DNA from: an uncultured bacterium
GTDB lineage: Bacteria; Zixibacteria; MSB-5A5; GN15; FEB-12
Direction of reading: 5' to 3'
Assembly (NCBI GenBank): GCA_965372795.1
Contig: CBDVDR010000002.1
Span: forward strand, 32,001-96,000
Length of the DNA stretch: 64,000 nt
The notes beneath the pieces were generated by a model that worked only from the letters and a program-made list of their open reading frames with translations, did not search any database and was not told the origin of the DNA. A program made the translations under genes and the position numbers. Shown here in pieces: positions 1-9,999 of this stretch; position 1 is the first letter of the stretch, and each line of letters opens with the position of its first letter.

Positions 1-1000
1 TTCCGGTATAAGACCAGGTCATCTCAGCATCGGAGTTGTCAACATCAGAGACATAGTCATCTAATGTAATTGTTGTAAATGAAGAACCTTCAGGCACTGA
101 TTGGTTAGGTATATTAGTTACAATCGGCGGATCGTTTTGAGCTGTAACAGTAAAAGTTGCTGGATCTTCATCCCAGAGTGATCCCGGATCGGTGGCACGA
201 AAAGTAATCGTTTCGTTTCCATTCCAATCTGTATCAGGTATTGTAATTGTTGCCACTCTACCGGTTATGTCTACTGTCAGCTCAGTGTTACCACTGTAAC
301 TCCAGGTCATATCAGCATCAATGTTGTCAACATCTGAAACATAGTCATCCAAATTTATGGTAGTAAATGATGACCCCTCAGGAACAGACTGGTTGGGAAT
401 ATTAGTAACTATCGGTGGATCATTTTGAATTGTTACAGTAAATGTTGCCGGGTCTTCATCCCAAAGCGAGCCGGGGTCGGTTGCCCGGAAAGTAATTACT
501 TCTACGCCACTCCATTCAATATCAGGAATAGTAATAGTGGCAACCCGACTGGTTATATCAACCGTTAGTTCAGTGTTTCCGGTATAAGACCAGGTCATCT
601 CAGCATCGGAGTTGTCAACATCTGATACATAGTCATCTAATGTTATCGTAGTAAATGTCTGACCTTCCAAAATTGTCTGATTCGGAATATTAGTTACAAC
701 CGGCGGATCGTTTTCTGCAGTAACAGTAAAGGTTGCTGCATCTTCATCCCATAGTGAACCCGGGTCAGTGGCACGAAAAGTAATAGTTTCGTTTCCATTC
801 CAATCTGTATCCGGTATTGTAATTGTTGCCACTCTGCTGGTAATATCAACGGTAAGTTCAGTATTGCCCGTATAAGTCCAGTTCATCTCAGCATCAGTAT
901 GGTTTGGATCAGAAACATAGTTATCTAAATTTATGGTCGTGAAACTTGAACCTTCAGCAATTGACTGGTTCGGAATATCAGTAACAACGGGTGGATCATT
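1..1000 (-). repeat. Intragenic tandem repeat, 288-bp period, about 3.5 copies visible
   Basis: NDPP-coding motif recurs at about 1000, 712, 424 and 136, with near-identical DNA between copies. Confidence 0.9.
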
Positions 1001-1600
1001 GGCGACAACCGGCTGTGCATCAAGAACAACATTATCCCAGTTTATTTGGATTTGTGCAGAGTTATTATTTCCTGTTTGTACATTAGCATAAAGACGAATT
1101 TCATATATTCCGTTTTCATCAAAAAAACTGCTTACATCAAGTAGACTAACTGTACCTGTTATTGGAACAGCAGGTGCTGATGGAGTAGAAGTCTCTGACC
1201 AAATTGTTACTTCTGCACTACTTGGTTTGACAATTCGTACTTCTATGTCAGTTGCATCTTGTGCAATACTTGCGAATGATATTTTTTGCCACCATAAAGA
1301 TAAGAAGACATCATCGGTACTATTTATTACTGTAGTAATACTTTGAGCATCATACCATTCAAATGGAGTTTTCTTCCCTGTTCCTGATAAATCTTTCAAA
1401 CTAGGAGACGGGTTGCCATAGGATCCATCAGAACTCATTACTGTTGAACCTGTAATATCTGTATGAACCCAATCTGTGGTGCCACTGTTAAAATCACCGT
1501 TGGAAATTACATCTGCTGCATTAACAGTTGTAACTCCAACTAAAACAGAAACTAAGAACAGTGCTAATAGTACTTTAATATTTTTAAACGACTTCATCAT
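1..1600 (-). CDS. Large secreted surface protein with tandem 96-aa cadherin/Ig-like (tandem-95-type) repeats; truncated by window start
   Basis: Not in the ORF track; hand-translated from ATG-ATG at 1600/1597. Signal peptide MMKSFKNIKVLLALFLVSVLVGVTTVNA, an N-terminal beta-rich domain, then repeats NDPPVVTNIPNQ...TINLDDYVSDVDN...ITFRATDPGSLWDED...FTVT. The frame stays open to base 1. Confidence 0.9.
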   Translation of the reverse strand, partial: MMKSFKNIKVLLALFLVSVLVGVTTVNAADVISNGDFNSGTTDWVHTDITGSTVMSSDGSYGNPSPSLKDLSGTGKKTPFEWYDAQSITTVINSTDDVFLSLWWQKISFASIAQDATDIEVRIVKPSSAEVTIWSETSTPSAPAVPITGTVSLLDVSSFFDENGIYEIRLYANVQTGNNNSAQIQINWDNVVLDAQPVVANDPPVVTDIPNQSIAEGSSFTTINLDNYVSDPNHTDAEMNWTYTGNTELTVDITSRVATITIPDTDWNGNETITFRATDPGSLWDEDAATFTVTAENDPPVVTNIPNQTILEGQTFTTITLDDYVSDVDNSDAEMTWSYTGNTELTVDITSRVATITIPDIEWSGVEVITFRATDPGSLWDEDPATFTVTIQNDPPIVTNIPNQSVPEGSSFTTINLDDYVSDVDNIDADMTWSYSGNTELTVDITGRVATITIPDTDWNGNETITFRATDPGSLWDEDPATFTVTAQNDPPIVTNIPNQSVPEGSSFTTITLDDYVSDVDNSDAEMTWSYTG

Positions 1601-1618
1601 ATCCTTATGATACCCTAT

Positions 1619-2317
1619 TTAGTCAGTTGTTCCGGAATTAGAATCTTTATTATGTACCCCATGGCAACTGGTGCATCGAACTTCATCACCAGCCCCTAAA
1701 ATAAAATCATTAGTTGTATTACCATCTGAAGGCTGCGGATTACCATCAACATCCAAAGGCGGATTATGATATGTCTCTGTTGCCGGAAGAGCTTGACCAA
1801 TTGGATGAGATAAATCTGAGCCTGTATAAGTTTTAACCGAGGACATATTACGAGGAGCGTGGCAATCAAGGCAAAGCTGATCGGCAGAGTTATCCATTCG
1901 TAAAAAAGGAGGATTCGAATTATCATGGGGATTATGGCAGGTGCCACAGGTAACTCGTCCTTCAACAGTTAAATGAGCAAGCAAAGTCGTACTGGTCGGG
2001 GTAGTAGCACCCAAAGTTGCATTGGCGGTGTCAACATCCCAGGCATGAGAAGTTCCGGATACTCCCGGTTGAGCTTTCAAAGATGATGACAAATATTTTG
2101 ACATCCCGGACCAGCCACCCGGAGTATGACAGGATATACAAAGGGTTGAGACCAGCGAGTCAGTGGAATTTATTAAAATATCACCCAAAGTAGAATGAGT
2201 AATATGACATTGATCACAGTTGATGCTGTTTGTTGTACCATGGGGGTCATCTAAGGCATTTGCCCGGACAACCAACAAAAGCAATAAAACTATGAGTATC
2301 CTTGATACTTTCATCAT
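1619..2317 (-). CDS. Secreted pentaheme cytochrome c (doubled-CXXCH type)
   Basis: Signal peptide; 5 CXXCH (CDQCH, CISCH, CGTCH, CLDCH, CTSCH). Confidence 0.9.
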   Translation of the reverse strand: MMKVSRILIVLLLLLVVRANALDDPHGTTNSINCDQCHITHSTLGDILINSTDSLVSTLCISCHTPGGWSGMSKYLSSSLKAQPGVSGTSHAWDVDTANATLGATTPTSTTLLAHLTVEGRVTCGTCHNPHDNSNPPFLRMDNSADQLCLDCHAPRNMSSVKTYTGSDLSHPIGQALPATETYHNPPLDVDGNPQPSDGNTTNDFILGAGDEVRCTSCHGVHNKDSNSGTTD

Positions 2318-2325
2318 AAAACCTA

Positions 2326-3861
2326 CTATTTAATTAAAACCATTTTCTTGGACTGAACAAATTCTTCGGTTGATATCCGGTAAAAATAGATACCGGTTGC
2401 TACCGAGGCACCACTTTTATTGGTTCCGTCCCAGTTTATAAAATGATTACCCGCCGGCAATACTTTATCATTCAAATCAATTATCTTTTGACCTAATAAA
2501 TTGAATACTTCAAGCTTAACCTGTTGTTGATCAGGAATTGAAAACGAAATCGTTGTTGTAGGATTAAAAGGATTAGGGTAATTCTGGTCAAGTCTGAATT
2601 CATAGGGGAGGGTAGTCGTTTTGAAATTTCTCATCGCCGACCATTGTCCGGTTGAATCTTTAAACCTAAGTCTGGTACGCCATTCATAATAAGAATCATT
2701 ATCGAGGGTATCGTTAATTAACCACTCAGAAGTAAAAGTAAGATCAGTTGTTATCGTGTCAAATACAACCTCAGGCTTTACAGCTGATACTTCTAAAACA
2801 GCATCATCGCTTTCTGTAGTCTCCTGAAAAAATAATTGGAAATCAAAACCTAAAACAGGTTCTGTGTCTGCTGTTGTTTCAGTAGATGCCACTAATTTAA
2901 CATCAGTGACTCCAATTGTATCAGATGGATTTGGGTATACTTGGATTGCCATTATCGAATTTGTGCTTGTTACAAAATCTGTAAGATAAAAGGCTTTTAT
3001 ATTGGCACCCTCGGTTGAGACTACGTAAAGCAAACCGTTTTCATCAATTGCCAGACCGGATGGAATATTAAAATTAATCCGACTGCCATCTATTAAATCA
3101 ATGTTTCCCATAAAATTGCCATTTGGATCATATACCACAATCTTATTCTGGTATCGGTCTGCTACAAAAACCGCGCCGGCAGGACTAAATAAAATATCTC
3201 CACCACGGGTGATCTGTCCTTCAGATGCTCCGAATGAACCGAAACTCTTCTGGAATTCACTTTTTGAATTTATTATCCAGACCTTTGATGTTATCTGGTC
3301 GAATATGTAGAAATTATTAGTCGCAGGATCAATTGTAAAACTTGAAGCAAAATTCGGTGGCTCGTTTTTCATGTCTAAAAGCTGGATCGTACCTTGAAAC
3401 TCGCCGGATAAACTGAACTTTACAATTTTGTTAGTTCCAGCATCTAAGATATATAGATGATCATCACTTTTAACAATATCAACCGGATTTTTAAAAGTAT
3501 AACTATTAAAAAAGAAATCGTATTCTTCAATCTGGGTGAAATCTATCGCAGTAATCTGTCGTTTCTCTCTATCACAATACAAATATAAAAGATTGGTAAC
3601 TTCTGTGAGTGAATTCGCTTCACCGGTGAAATTTACCTGTCGTTCAATCACACCGTTTGTGGAGAAAATTTTAATCTGTCTTGAAAATGGCTCAAGGACT
3701 GTTATCTTGTCATTGGAAACTGTAATAGATGATGGCGCAAACAGGGAATTGTCTATTGTCCCGGCAAGCTTGACATCAAAAGCAATTGTCCCAAGTCCTG
3801 TAATAGCAACGAGTATTAGTGCTTTAAATAGGATGTTAATATTGATTTTCATATTACTCAA
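2326..3861 (-). CDS. NHL-repeat beta-propeller protein with C-terminal FlgD-Ig/T9SS-type-A-like sorting domain
   Basis: Signal peptide; NHL motifs (FGSFGASEGQ, VFVADRYQNKIVVYD, PSGLAIDENG); C-terminus LDQNYPNPFNPTTTISF...WDGTN...GIYFYRI...KKMVLIK. Confidence 0.85.
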   Translation of the reverse strand: MSNMKININILFKALILVAITGLGTIAFDVKLAGTIDNSLFAPSSITVSNDKITVLEPFSRQIKIFSTNGVIERQVNFTGEANSLTEVTNLLYLYCDREKRQITAIDFTQIEEYDFFFNSYTFKNPVDIVKSDDHLYILDAGTNKIVKFSLSGEFQGTIQLLDMKNEPPNFASSFTIDPATNNFYIFDQITSKVWIINSKSEFQKSFGSFGASEGQITRGGDILFSPAGAVFVADRYQNKIVVYDPNGNFMGNIDLIDGSRINFNIPSGLAIDENGLLYVVSTEGANIKAFYLTDFVTSTNSIMAIQVYPNPSDTIGVTDVKLVASTETTADTEPVLGFDFQLFFQETTESDDAVLEVSAVKPEVVFDTITTDLTFTSEWLINDTLDNDSYYEWRTRLRFKDSTGQWSAMRNFKTTTLPYEFRLDQNYPNPFNPTTTISFSIPDQQQVKLEVFNLLGQKIIDLNDKVLPAGNHFINWDGTNKSGASVATGIYFYRISTEEFVQSKKMVLIK

Positions 3862-4006
3862 AGTTATAATAACTCCACAAATATCAAAGTGCTTTTTGAT
3901 TAAAAACTACAAAGAATAAGCTATTTCTAATCAAAAAGAGACTATACATTTTCAACTTAATCCTCTTTGCCTAACAAAAATACCGTACTTCTCAACCCCT
4001 TTAACT

Positions 4007-4043
4007 TTGTGAAAAAGATAACAAGGTGGACATGAAAAGTCAA
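4007..4043 (-). promoter_or_regulatory. Sigma70-like promoter (TTGACT-N17-TATCTT) overlapped by an 18-bp Rex/CRP-like palindrome
   Basis: TTGTGAAAAAGATAACAA at 4007-4024; -35 at 4043-4038 and -10 at 4020-4015 on the minus strand, upstream of 2326..3861. Confidence 0.6.
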
Positions 4044-4381
4044 GTATATTCTAATACATGAAATATCATTATATGAGAGATATCGGCATTATAGAGGTTT
4101 GAATTACATCCAAATTTAAATATATATTTTTTTAAGAAAAAGCCTTATAACATCCTGAAATTACTTTTAACTTTAAAAAAATATTTTATAAATTAATAAA
4201 ATATGCTAAATTTACGTGTAAAACTGATTTAGAAATATAAATTGATCCCGAATTGTCATCTTTTAATTGACGATAGATGAACCTATTGCAATATAACAAG
4301 TTACTGCAAGGAAGTAATTGCGATATTTGTTTAATTATGTATACTATGAGTAAATGGGAAATATAGGTTGGTTAAGTTTTA

Positions 4382-5404
4382 GTGAAATATTTTTTAATAC
4401 TGATATTGGTTATTTTATCAACTGCGGTTGTATCAGCTCAGACAGACTCCGCATTAGTCAGGATTCGAACCGATACCGATAGTACTAAAATCCAGATAAA
4501 TAATCAAGATGTCTTAGAAGATTCTTATGGAAACACTCTTGTTAAGAATTCCTGGTTTATTCTAAATTTACCGATTGAGACTTATAATTTAAAAATTACA
4601 TCATTAAACTATAACCCAATAGACTCAACCATTACTCTTATAAAGGGAGAGATCTATACTTTTGACATTAAGTTTAAAGAAATAATATATGAAGATACTA
4701 CGGACTATTATGAAAGTTTAACTGAGGACTTTGAAGTTGTTAAATTAGTTGTTCAATCAGAACCGGATAGCTGTTCATTTGTCATTGAACAAAACACAAT
4801 TGAAAAATCAACACCTTTTGAATTATTTTTTAGACCGGGTGAATATTCTTTTCTTGCAACTAAAGAAGGCTATGAACCTTTAAAATCTACGATAAAAATT
4901 GAACAAAAGATTCCCCTGCTTGCCAATTTCATTCTCCGGGATTTTAAACCTGAAGAAATTATGCCTGAATCGTTAGGTCTTAACTACATGTCTCAGCTGC
5001 CATTACTTAATGCTAAATCAGCCGATAATATTAAAGTTAAATATAACTCCTTAGCTGAATCCTTTGCCATTTTCCCGATGGCGCAGGGGATACTGGCAAG
5101 AATTGTCGTAGATAAATCTCAATATCGAATAGCTGAAACATTGATTATTTCCGGTGTGGGGCTAACTTTGGGCTCTTATTTTCTGGGTAAGTTTTTATAT
5201 AAAAAGAAAAAACAATATATTATTGATGAAAATATACGCAGAGAATCAGATAACGCTATGGCGGACGAAAATAATAGGCAAGTTGACATGCAAGTAAATG
5301 ATGAAAATATTGCCCGTTTAAAAGCTTGGCAGAGAAAGAACCGGAATAAGGGCCAAGTAGTAATTGAAACCGACTATTCTGAACCAGCCTTAGGAATTCA
5401 ATAG
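4382..5404 (+). CDS. Secreted/membrane PEGA-domain protein
   Basis: Signal peptide; PEGA-like segment LVVQSEPDSC...STPFELFFRPGEYSFLATKEGYEP; C-terminal hydrophobic helices. Confidence 0.65.
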   Translation: MKYFLILILVILSTAVVSAQTDSALVRIRTDTDSTKIQINNQDVLEDSYGNTLVKNSWFILNLPIETYNLKITSLNYNPIDSTITLIKGEIYTFDIKFKEIIYEDTTDYYESLTEDFEVVKLVVQSEPDSCSFVIEQNTIEKSTPFELFFRPGEYSFLATKEGYEPLKSTIKIEQKIPLLANFILRDFKPEEIMPESLGLNYMSQLPLLNAKSADNIKVKYNSLAESFAIFPMAQGILARIVVDKSQYRIAETLIISGVGLTLGSYFLGKFLYKKKKQYIIDENIRRESDNAMADENNRQVDMQVNDENIARLKAWQRKNRNKGQVVIETDYSEPALGIQ

Positions 5405-5652
5405 TAAAATTTATCTGATTATCTCTTTGATTAATTTCATTGTAAAGCTTCTCTTGAATTTCAAATAAATACTAAAACGGTGTTATTTCCTGACTGGGTA
5501 AAGGCTGTTTATCTGTTGGATTTTTATACATATAGTCTTATATCCTTTATTAATATATCAAATTATCTCAACTAATATTACAAATACCCGAAAAAATCAT
5601 TAGTTAATGAATTTATTAAATGAATTGATAATCAATCAACAAAGGAGTTACG

Positions 5653-6219
5653 ATGCGTAAACCATTATCATCAACAATCTTAGTAGTAATTATGGTTCTG
5701 TTGGCCGCGGGTACTATCTGGTCTGCAGCAGATTTAAATACTGAATATTTGATGAAGGTCGGTGATTATTTTGAAGTAAGCTATGATGATGTCGATGCTA
5801 TTGCCTCGGGCAATATTGCCATTGAAGAAGTTCCAACGGTATTTTTTATGGCTCAACTTTCCGATAAATCACCAGAATATGTTCTTAATGCCTATGAAAT
5901 TAGTAATAGCTGGGCTTCATATATGACTTTTCATAGAATTCATCCATCTGAAGTAATGGTTAAAATTTACAATTTTAACACTCCTGAGTGTAAGGCTGTT
6001 AAAAGCAAAATTAAAAATAGACCTCTTAAATCAGTCAAATTTGATAACCAGGATATAAATCTTATGGTTAATTGTAGAATGATTGCTGAAACAAAGAATA
6101 TTGAATATTCAGAAGTTATAAATAAGAGAAATAATATTCAAGGAAATACAACTTCATTTGTAGAAATTAATCATATGTCTATTGATCAAAGTGAACTTGC
6201 AACATCAGATTCAAAATAA
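5653..6219 (+). CDS. Secreted hypothetical protein
   Basis: AAGGAG RBS, signal peptide, followed by a terminator. Confidence 0.75.
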   Translation: MRKPLSSTILVVIMVLLAAGTIWSAADLNTEYLMKVGDYFEVSYDDVDAIASGNIAIEEVPTVFFMAQLSDKSPEYVLNAYEISNSWASYMTFHRIHPSEVMVKIYNFNTPECKAVKSKIKNRPLKSVKFDNQDINLMVNCRMIAETKNIEYSEVINKRNNIQGNTTSFVEINHMSIDQSELATSDSK

Positions 6220-6235
6220 GAAATCTACATATTTC

Positions 6236-6267
6236 AAAAAGCCATCTCAAACAGGTGGCTTTTTTTT
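6236..6267 (+). terminator. Intrinsic terminator
   Basis: AAAAAGCCATCT-caaac-AGGTGGCTTTTTTTT hairpin with T-tract. Confidence 0.75.
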
Positions 6268-6543
6268 ATAACTAAAATAACCTCTTTTTTAACCCCCCAA
6301 AAAAATACCCTTATAAACCAAGTCTTTATGTAATAAGTATAGGATACATCCTACACTCCTTGGATTATATCTATTCGGCAAAATCAGATTGAAAATTGGG
6401 TATATGTTGTGGCACAATGAATTACACAAATCGCAGCAATGGCACATCCTTTGCTTTTTTGAATACTGAAACATAAAATATTTCGGATTAAATTGTAGAA
6501 TTTATGCGAAATCAACGTAGAATAGATAGCTTGTGAGGGCTGC

Positions 6544-7137
6544 ATGAAAACTTTTGTGAAAATATTGGTGCCGTTAGTTGTATTATCGTTGTTGATCTTA
6601 CATACAATAGCTATTAGTTCAATTGGAATAAAGAGTATTCCTATGAATTCCAATGATGTCATTATTGACTGTGAAAACTGCCATAATGAGATAATAACTT
6701 CAGTAAATTCTCATTTTATTGAATCATCAAATGATTGTCAATTCTGCCATATAGTTAATACTAACACAACCGATCATCAGATTTTATCAATCACGGATAA
6801 TGACGTTTGCGTTGCCTGTCATGTTGAGCAGAGTGAAATGAATTCAAGTGATGTGCACAGTTCTGTGTATTGTATGGATTGTCATGATCCTCATGGATCT
6901 AATGAAGATTATATGTTCACAAAAAATGTTGTTCAACTTTGTAGTGAGAATTGCCATACTAAAGAAGAACAAGGAAACTCACATGCCGTTGGCGGTGATC
7001 TTATTGATGAAAGAACCGGACAACAATTAACTTGTATCTCAACTTGTCATAATCTACATAGTCCTAAAGAAGATAAATTACTTCAATACACGGTAACAAA
7101 TGTTTGTTACGAATGTCATCAGGAAATGTATGAATAG
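6544..7137 (+). CDS. Multiheme cytochrome c (5 CXXCH + 2 CX3CH)
   Basis: CENCH, CQFCH, CVACH, CMDCH, CYECH plus CSENCH and CISTCH; N-terminal signal/anchor. Confidence 0.9.
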   Translation: MKTFVKILVPLVVLSLLILHTIAISSIGIKSIPMNSNDVIIDCENCHNEIITSVNSHFIESSNDCQFCHIVNTNTTDHQILSITDNDVCVACHVEQSEMNSSDVHSSVYCMDCHDPHGSNEDYMFTKNVVQLCSENCHTKEEQGNSHAVGGDLIDERTGQQLTCISTCHNLHSPKEDKLLQYTVTNVCYECHQEMYE

Positions 7138-7161
7138 TAGAGTTGATTATTAAAATCAGTA

Positions 7162-7212
7162 AAAAAGCAGTGCTATTGTTTTAGATTAGTAAACAATAGT
7201 ACTGCTTTTTTT
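7162..7212. terminator. Bidirectional intrinsic terminator
   Basis: AAAAAAGCAGTGCTATTGTTT...AAACAATAGTACTGCTTTTTTT between convergent cytochrome genes. Confidence 0.8.
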
Positions 7213-7254
7213 ATTTTAAGAATTTATATAAATTATAAACTGTCAAATAGTAAA

Positions 7255-8319
7255 CTATTTTACGTATTTCCCCGGGCTATGTGAATAATTATGACAGGTT
7301 AAATAACATTCACCCGCATTTGTACCGGTTGAGTTAAATTGAATTTTACGAGTGACATCATCCAAAGAAACAGCTTCGGGATTAAAATTTATTAAATACT
7401 TATTTTTCTCAGAACTATGAGAAGCATGACAGGTAAAGCAAGAGGTTCCTTTGCGGTTTTTTATCGGATCACCTACTATATGTTCTTTATGGAGCGGAAA
7501 ACTTGCATTTGAAAGGATACTTGTTCTGCTGTGACAGGAATAACAAAACTCATAAGCATAATTATTTTCGTTGTTATATACGTCCGTATCATAGTTTCCG
7601 GTTAGTAAATGCTTATGTTTGGAACCATGAGGTCCTTTGGGACCATCTTTATCATCATTACTGTGGCAATCGGAGCATTTCATGCTATTGTCAAAGTCTA
7701 AAGATAACTTAAGACTGGCTGATTTATTGTTTGAAATAGCTGTTGTAACCGGATGCTGAGACTGGTTTCTTAACGCAAAAACTTGTGAATAGTTTTTTGA
7801 TCTGCTCTTGATATTAACACTTGTGCCGTGGCATTTTAAACAAACCTCAAATTCCTTTGATGATTTTGTAATATATTGATTGGACAAGCTATAACCTTGA
7901 ACATCATAAGTTTTCTCACCAGTTGTAATTCGTTGATGAGGATTATGACAATCAACACATTCGGCATGATTAATCATTGATGAAGAAAGCCCTGGTAATC
8001 TTTCAGAAGATGAATGGCCGGAACCTCTTTTAACCGGATGGCGATAAAGTTTATTGAATTCCTTTTCCAAATCTGCAAGATCAGCTTGTTGAGCCAATTT
8101 CCCCGATGATTTCATTGAGGCGCGTTTACTGTCTGAACCATGACATTGGTAGCAAGCTTTCTCTTCCGGATGAGTTAACATCGGCTCACCCTTTAACCCA
8201 TGACCAACATGACAGGAACCGCACTCTTCGGGAAGGAGGTAATTGTCAACATGTGCCAATAAACTGCCTATTGATAAAAAGGCGAGGGTGAAAGTTAATA
8301 TGTATATTATTTTTTTCAT
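7255..8319 (-). CDS. Multiheme cytochrome c (7 CXXCH + 1 CX3CH)
   Basis: Signal peptide; CGSCH, CYQCH, CVDCH, CLKCH, CSDCH, CYSCH, CFTCH, CYLTCH; GPKGPHGS motif. Confidence 0.9.
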   Translation of the reverse strand: MKKIIYILTFTLAFLSIGSLLAHVDNYLLPEECGSCHVGHGLKGEPMLTHPEEKACYQCHGSDSKRASMKSSGKLAQQADLADLEKEFNKLYRHPVKRGSGHSSSERLPGLSSSMINHAECVDCHNPHQRITTGEKTYDVQGYSLSNQYITKSSKEFEVCLKCHGTSVNIKSRSKNYSQVFALRNQSQHPVTTAISNNKSASLKLSLDFDNSMKCSDCHSNDDKDGPKGPHGSKHKHLLTGNYDTDVYNNENNYAYEFCYSCHSRTSILSNASFPLHKEHIVGDPIKNRKGTSCFTCHASHSSEKNKYLINFNPEAVSLDDVTRKIQFNSTGTNAGECYLTCHNYSHSPGKYVK

Positions 8320-8327
8320 CTCTTTTC

Positions 8328-8990
8328 CTAAAACTTATGGCATGTTTTACAGACTTCACTGAATGTTGCTTTTCGCCAAAAAGGATATTTTGCTGATTTG
8401 GAATCATCATGAGGGTCGTGGCAGGAGGTGCACTGGACATAACCGTTATAGTCAACCCCAACTGATTTATTACCACTCGGTAATGGCCACTTAAGATGAC
8501 TGCTCGATAAAGCAACCTTCTGATCAAACTTAACTGACACTGGATGAGTCCCGGTCAGATCAGTTCCGATATGACCTTTACTTGTTACAGGGATTTCACC
8601 TGAGGAACCGACGTTATTCATAGGTATTGAAGTTGCTCGGTTGTGGATTGCACCAACAGCAATAGTGCCATCATGACAGGAAAGACACAATTTTGTTGAA
8701 CCATTCGGCTGTTCGGCTCTGCTTTTCATGGTTGATCGTTTATAGGTTTGGAATTTCCCCGTAGTTGTTGTTTTGTGATTCCAGAGAGGACCTTCTGTAG
8801 ATGCGTTATGACTGCTGTGGCAGAAAATACAAATACGAGTCTCGGTTGGTGACTTTATATCACCTTTGCCGGAGACTGATAAATTGTGTCGACTATCTTT
8901 AATTGCACCACTACCTTCAGAACTATTAGATGTCTCTGACACCAATAGGAATGAAAAAAGAAGGAGTAATATAACTAACTTAATCCTCAT
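8328..8990 (-). CDS. OmcE-like tetraheme cytochrome c
   Basis: IKDSRHNLS...ICIFCHSSHNA...PLWNH...LCLSCHDGT...GTDLTGTHPV...VQCTSCHDPHD...PF...CKTCH follows the Geobacter OmcE motif order as I recall it. Confidence 0.8.
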   Translation of the reverse strand: MRIKLVILLLLFSFLLVSETSNSSEGSGAIKDSRHNLSVSGKGDIKSPTETRICIFCHSSHNASTEGPLWNHKTTTTGKFQTYKRSTMKSRAEQPNGSTKLCLSCHDGTIAVGAIHNRATSIPMNNVGSSGEIPVTSKGHIGTDLTGTHPVSVKFDQKVALSSSHLKWPLPSGNKSVGVDYNGYVQCTSCHDPHDDSKSAKYPFWRKATFSEVCKTCHKF

Positions 8991-9999
8991 TGGGACCTCC
9001 TAAAAAATGAAGGATTTGGATTCGGTCATTATATGTATCAGCAATATATACTGTATCATTATTTATTGCAAGACCAGATGGGGAATAAAACTGTCCGGCT
9101 TCATTTCCAACTGAACCGACAACAAGTAAAAAGCGACCGGTAGAATCAAATATTTGCATATTGTCAAATAGATTGTCTACTACATAGATATTACCTTCGC
9201 TATCAGTAGCAACACCTTTGACCCGTGCAAAAGTTCCGGGACCATCACCTTCTTCACCAAATGCTGAAATAAAATTTCCGTCTGAATCAAATCTCTTAAT
9301 TTTATAATTTAATGCATCGTTTACTAATATATTATTGTCCCGAGCAGTAGCAACATAAGTAGGGAAGTGGAATCGGTCTTCAATTGCTAAATCGTTTGAC
9401 ACCACCCGTATCAATTTACCATCAAAATCATAAATTTTTAAATCATGATCGCCCGTATCAATTATATAAATAAGTTTCTTATCTGAATTGGCTGATATCC
9501 CGGTAGGTCTTGATAACCCTTCTGTTATAAACGGTTTGACTTTGCCATTCTCAAATTTATAAACTGCTTTATTCTCACTGTCTGTTATAAATATAACATC
9601 GTCATTACCTTGACATAAACAGACCGGAAAACTAAAAGGACTATTCTTGTCATAATATTTCTTGTAACTGTTATCAGATAATTTAATTTCAATCAAATAA
9701 GGAATTCCCTGACAGGTAAGATACATCTTGTCCTTGACTACAATTACATCATACGGCAAACTAATTATATCTTTTTCGCTGCGACCACTAAGAAAGCTTT
9801 TAACTTTTGAAAAAAAACCGCTTCCTACTCGAAGGTCTTTACAAGCAATCTCTCCGACATATTCTATACGAGGCTCATCAGGATGAGGTGGCCAATACAA
9901 CTTCTGTGCAATTACACTCACTGATAGCATTATTATAACAAAAAGAGTCATTGTAAATCGTATGTTAATTAACTTATTCATATGTTTATTATATACCAA
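8980..9999 (-). CDS. NHL-repeat 6-bladed beta-propeller protein
   Basis: Signal peptide; WPPHPDEPRIEYV N-motif; FGEEGDGPGTF, GNEAGQFYSPSGLAI, VYIADTYNDRIQI. Confidence 0.85.
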   Translation of the reverse strand: MVYNKHMNKLINIRFTMTLFVIIMLSVSVIAQKLYWPPHPDEPRIEYVGEIACKDLRVGSGFFSKVKSFLSGRSEKDIISLPYDVIVVKDKMYLTCQGIPYLIEIKLSDNSYKKYYDKNSPFSFPVCLCQGNDDVIFITDSENKAVYKFENGKVKPFITEGLSRPTGISANSDKKLIYIIDTGDHDLKIYDFDGKLIRVVSNDLAIEDRFHFPTYVATARDNNILVNDALNYKIKRFDSDGNFISAFGEEGDGPGTFARVKGVATDSEGNIYVVDNLFDNMQIFDSTGRFLLVVGSVGNEAGQFYSPSGLAINNDTVYIADTYNDRIQILHFLGGPNED

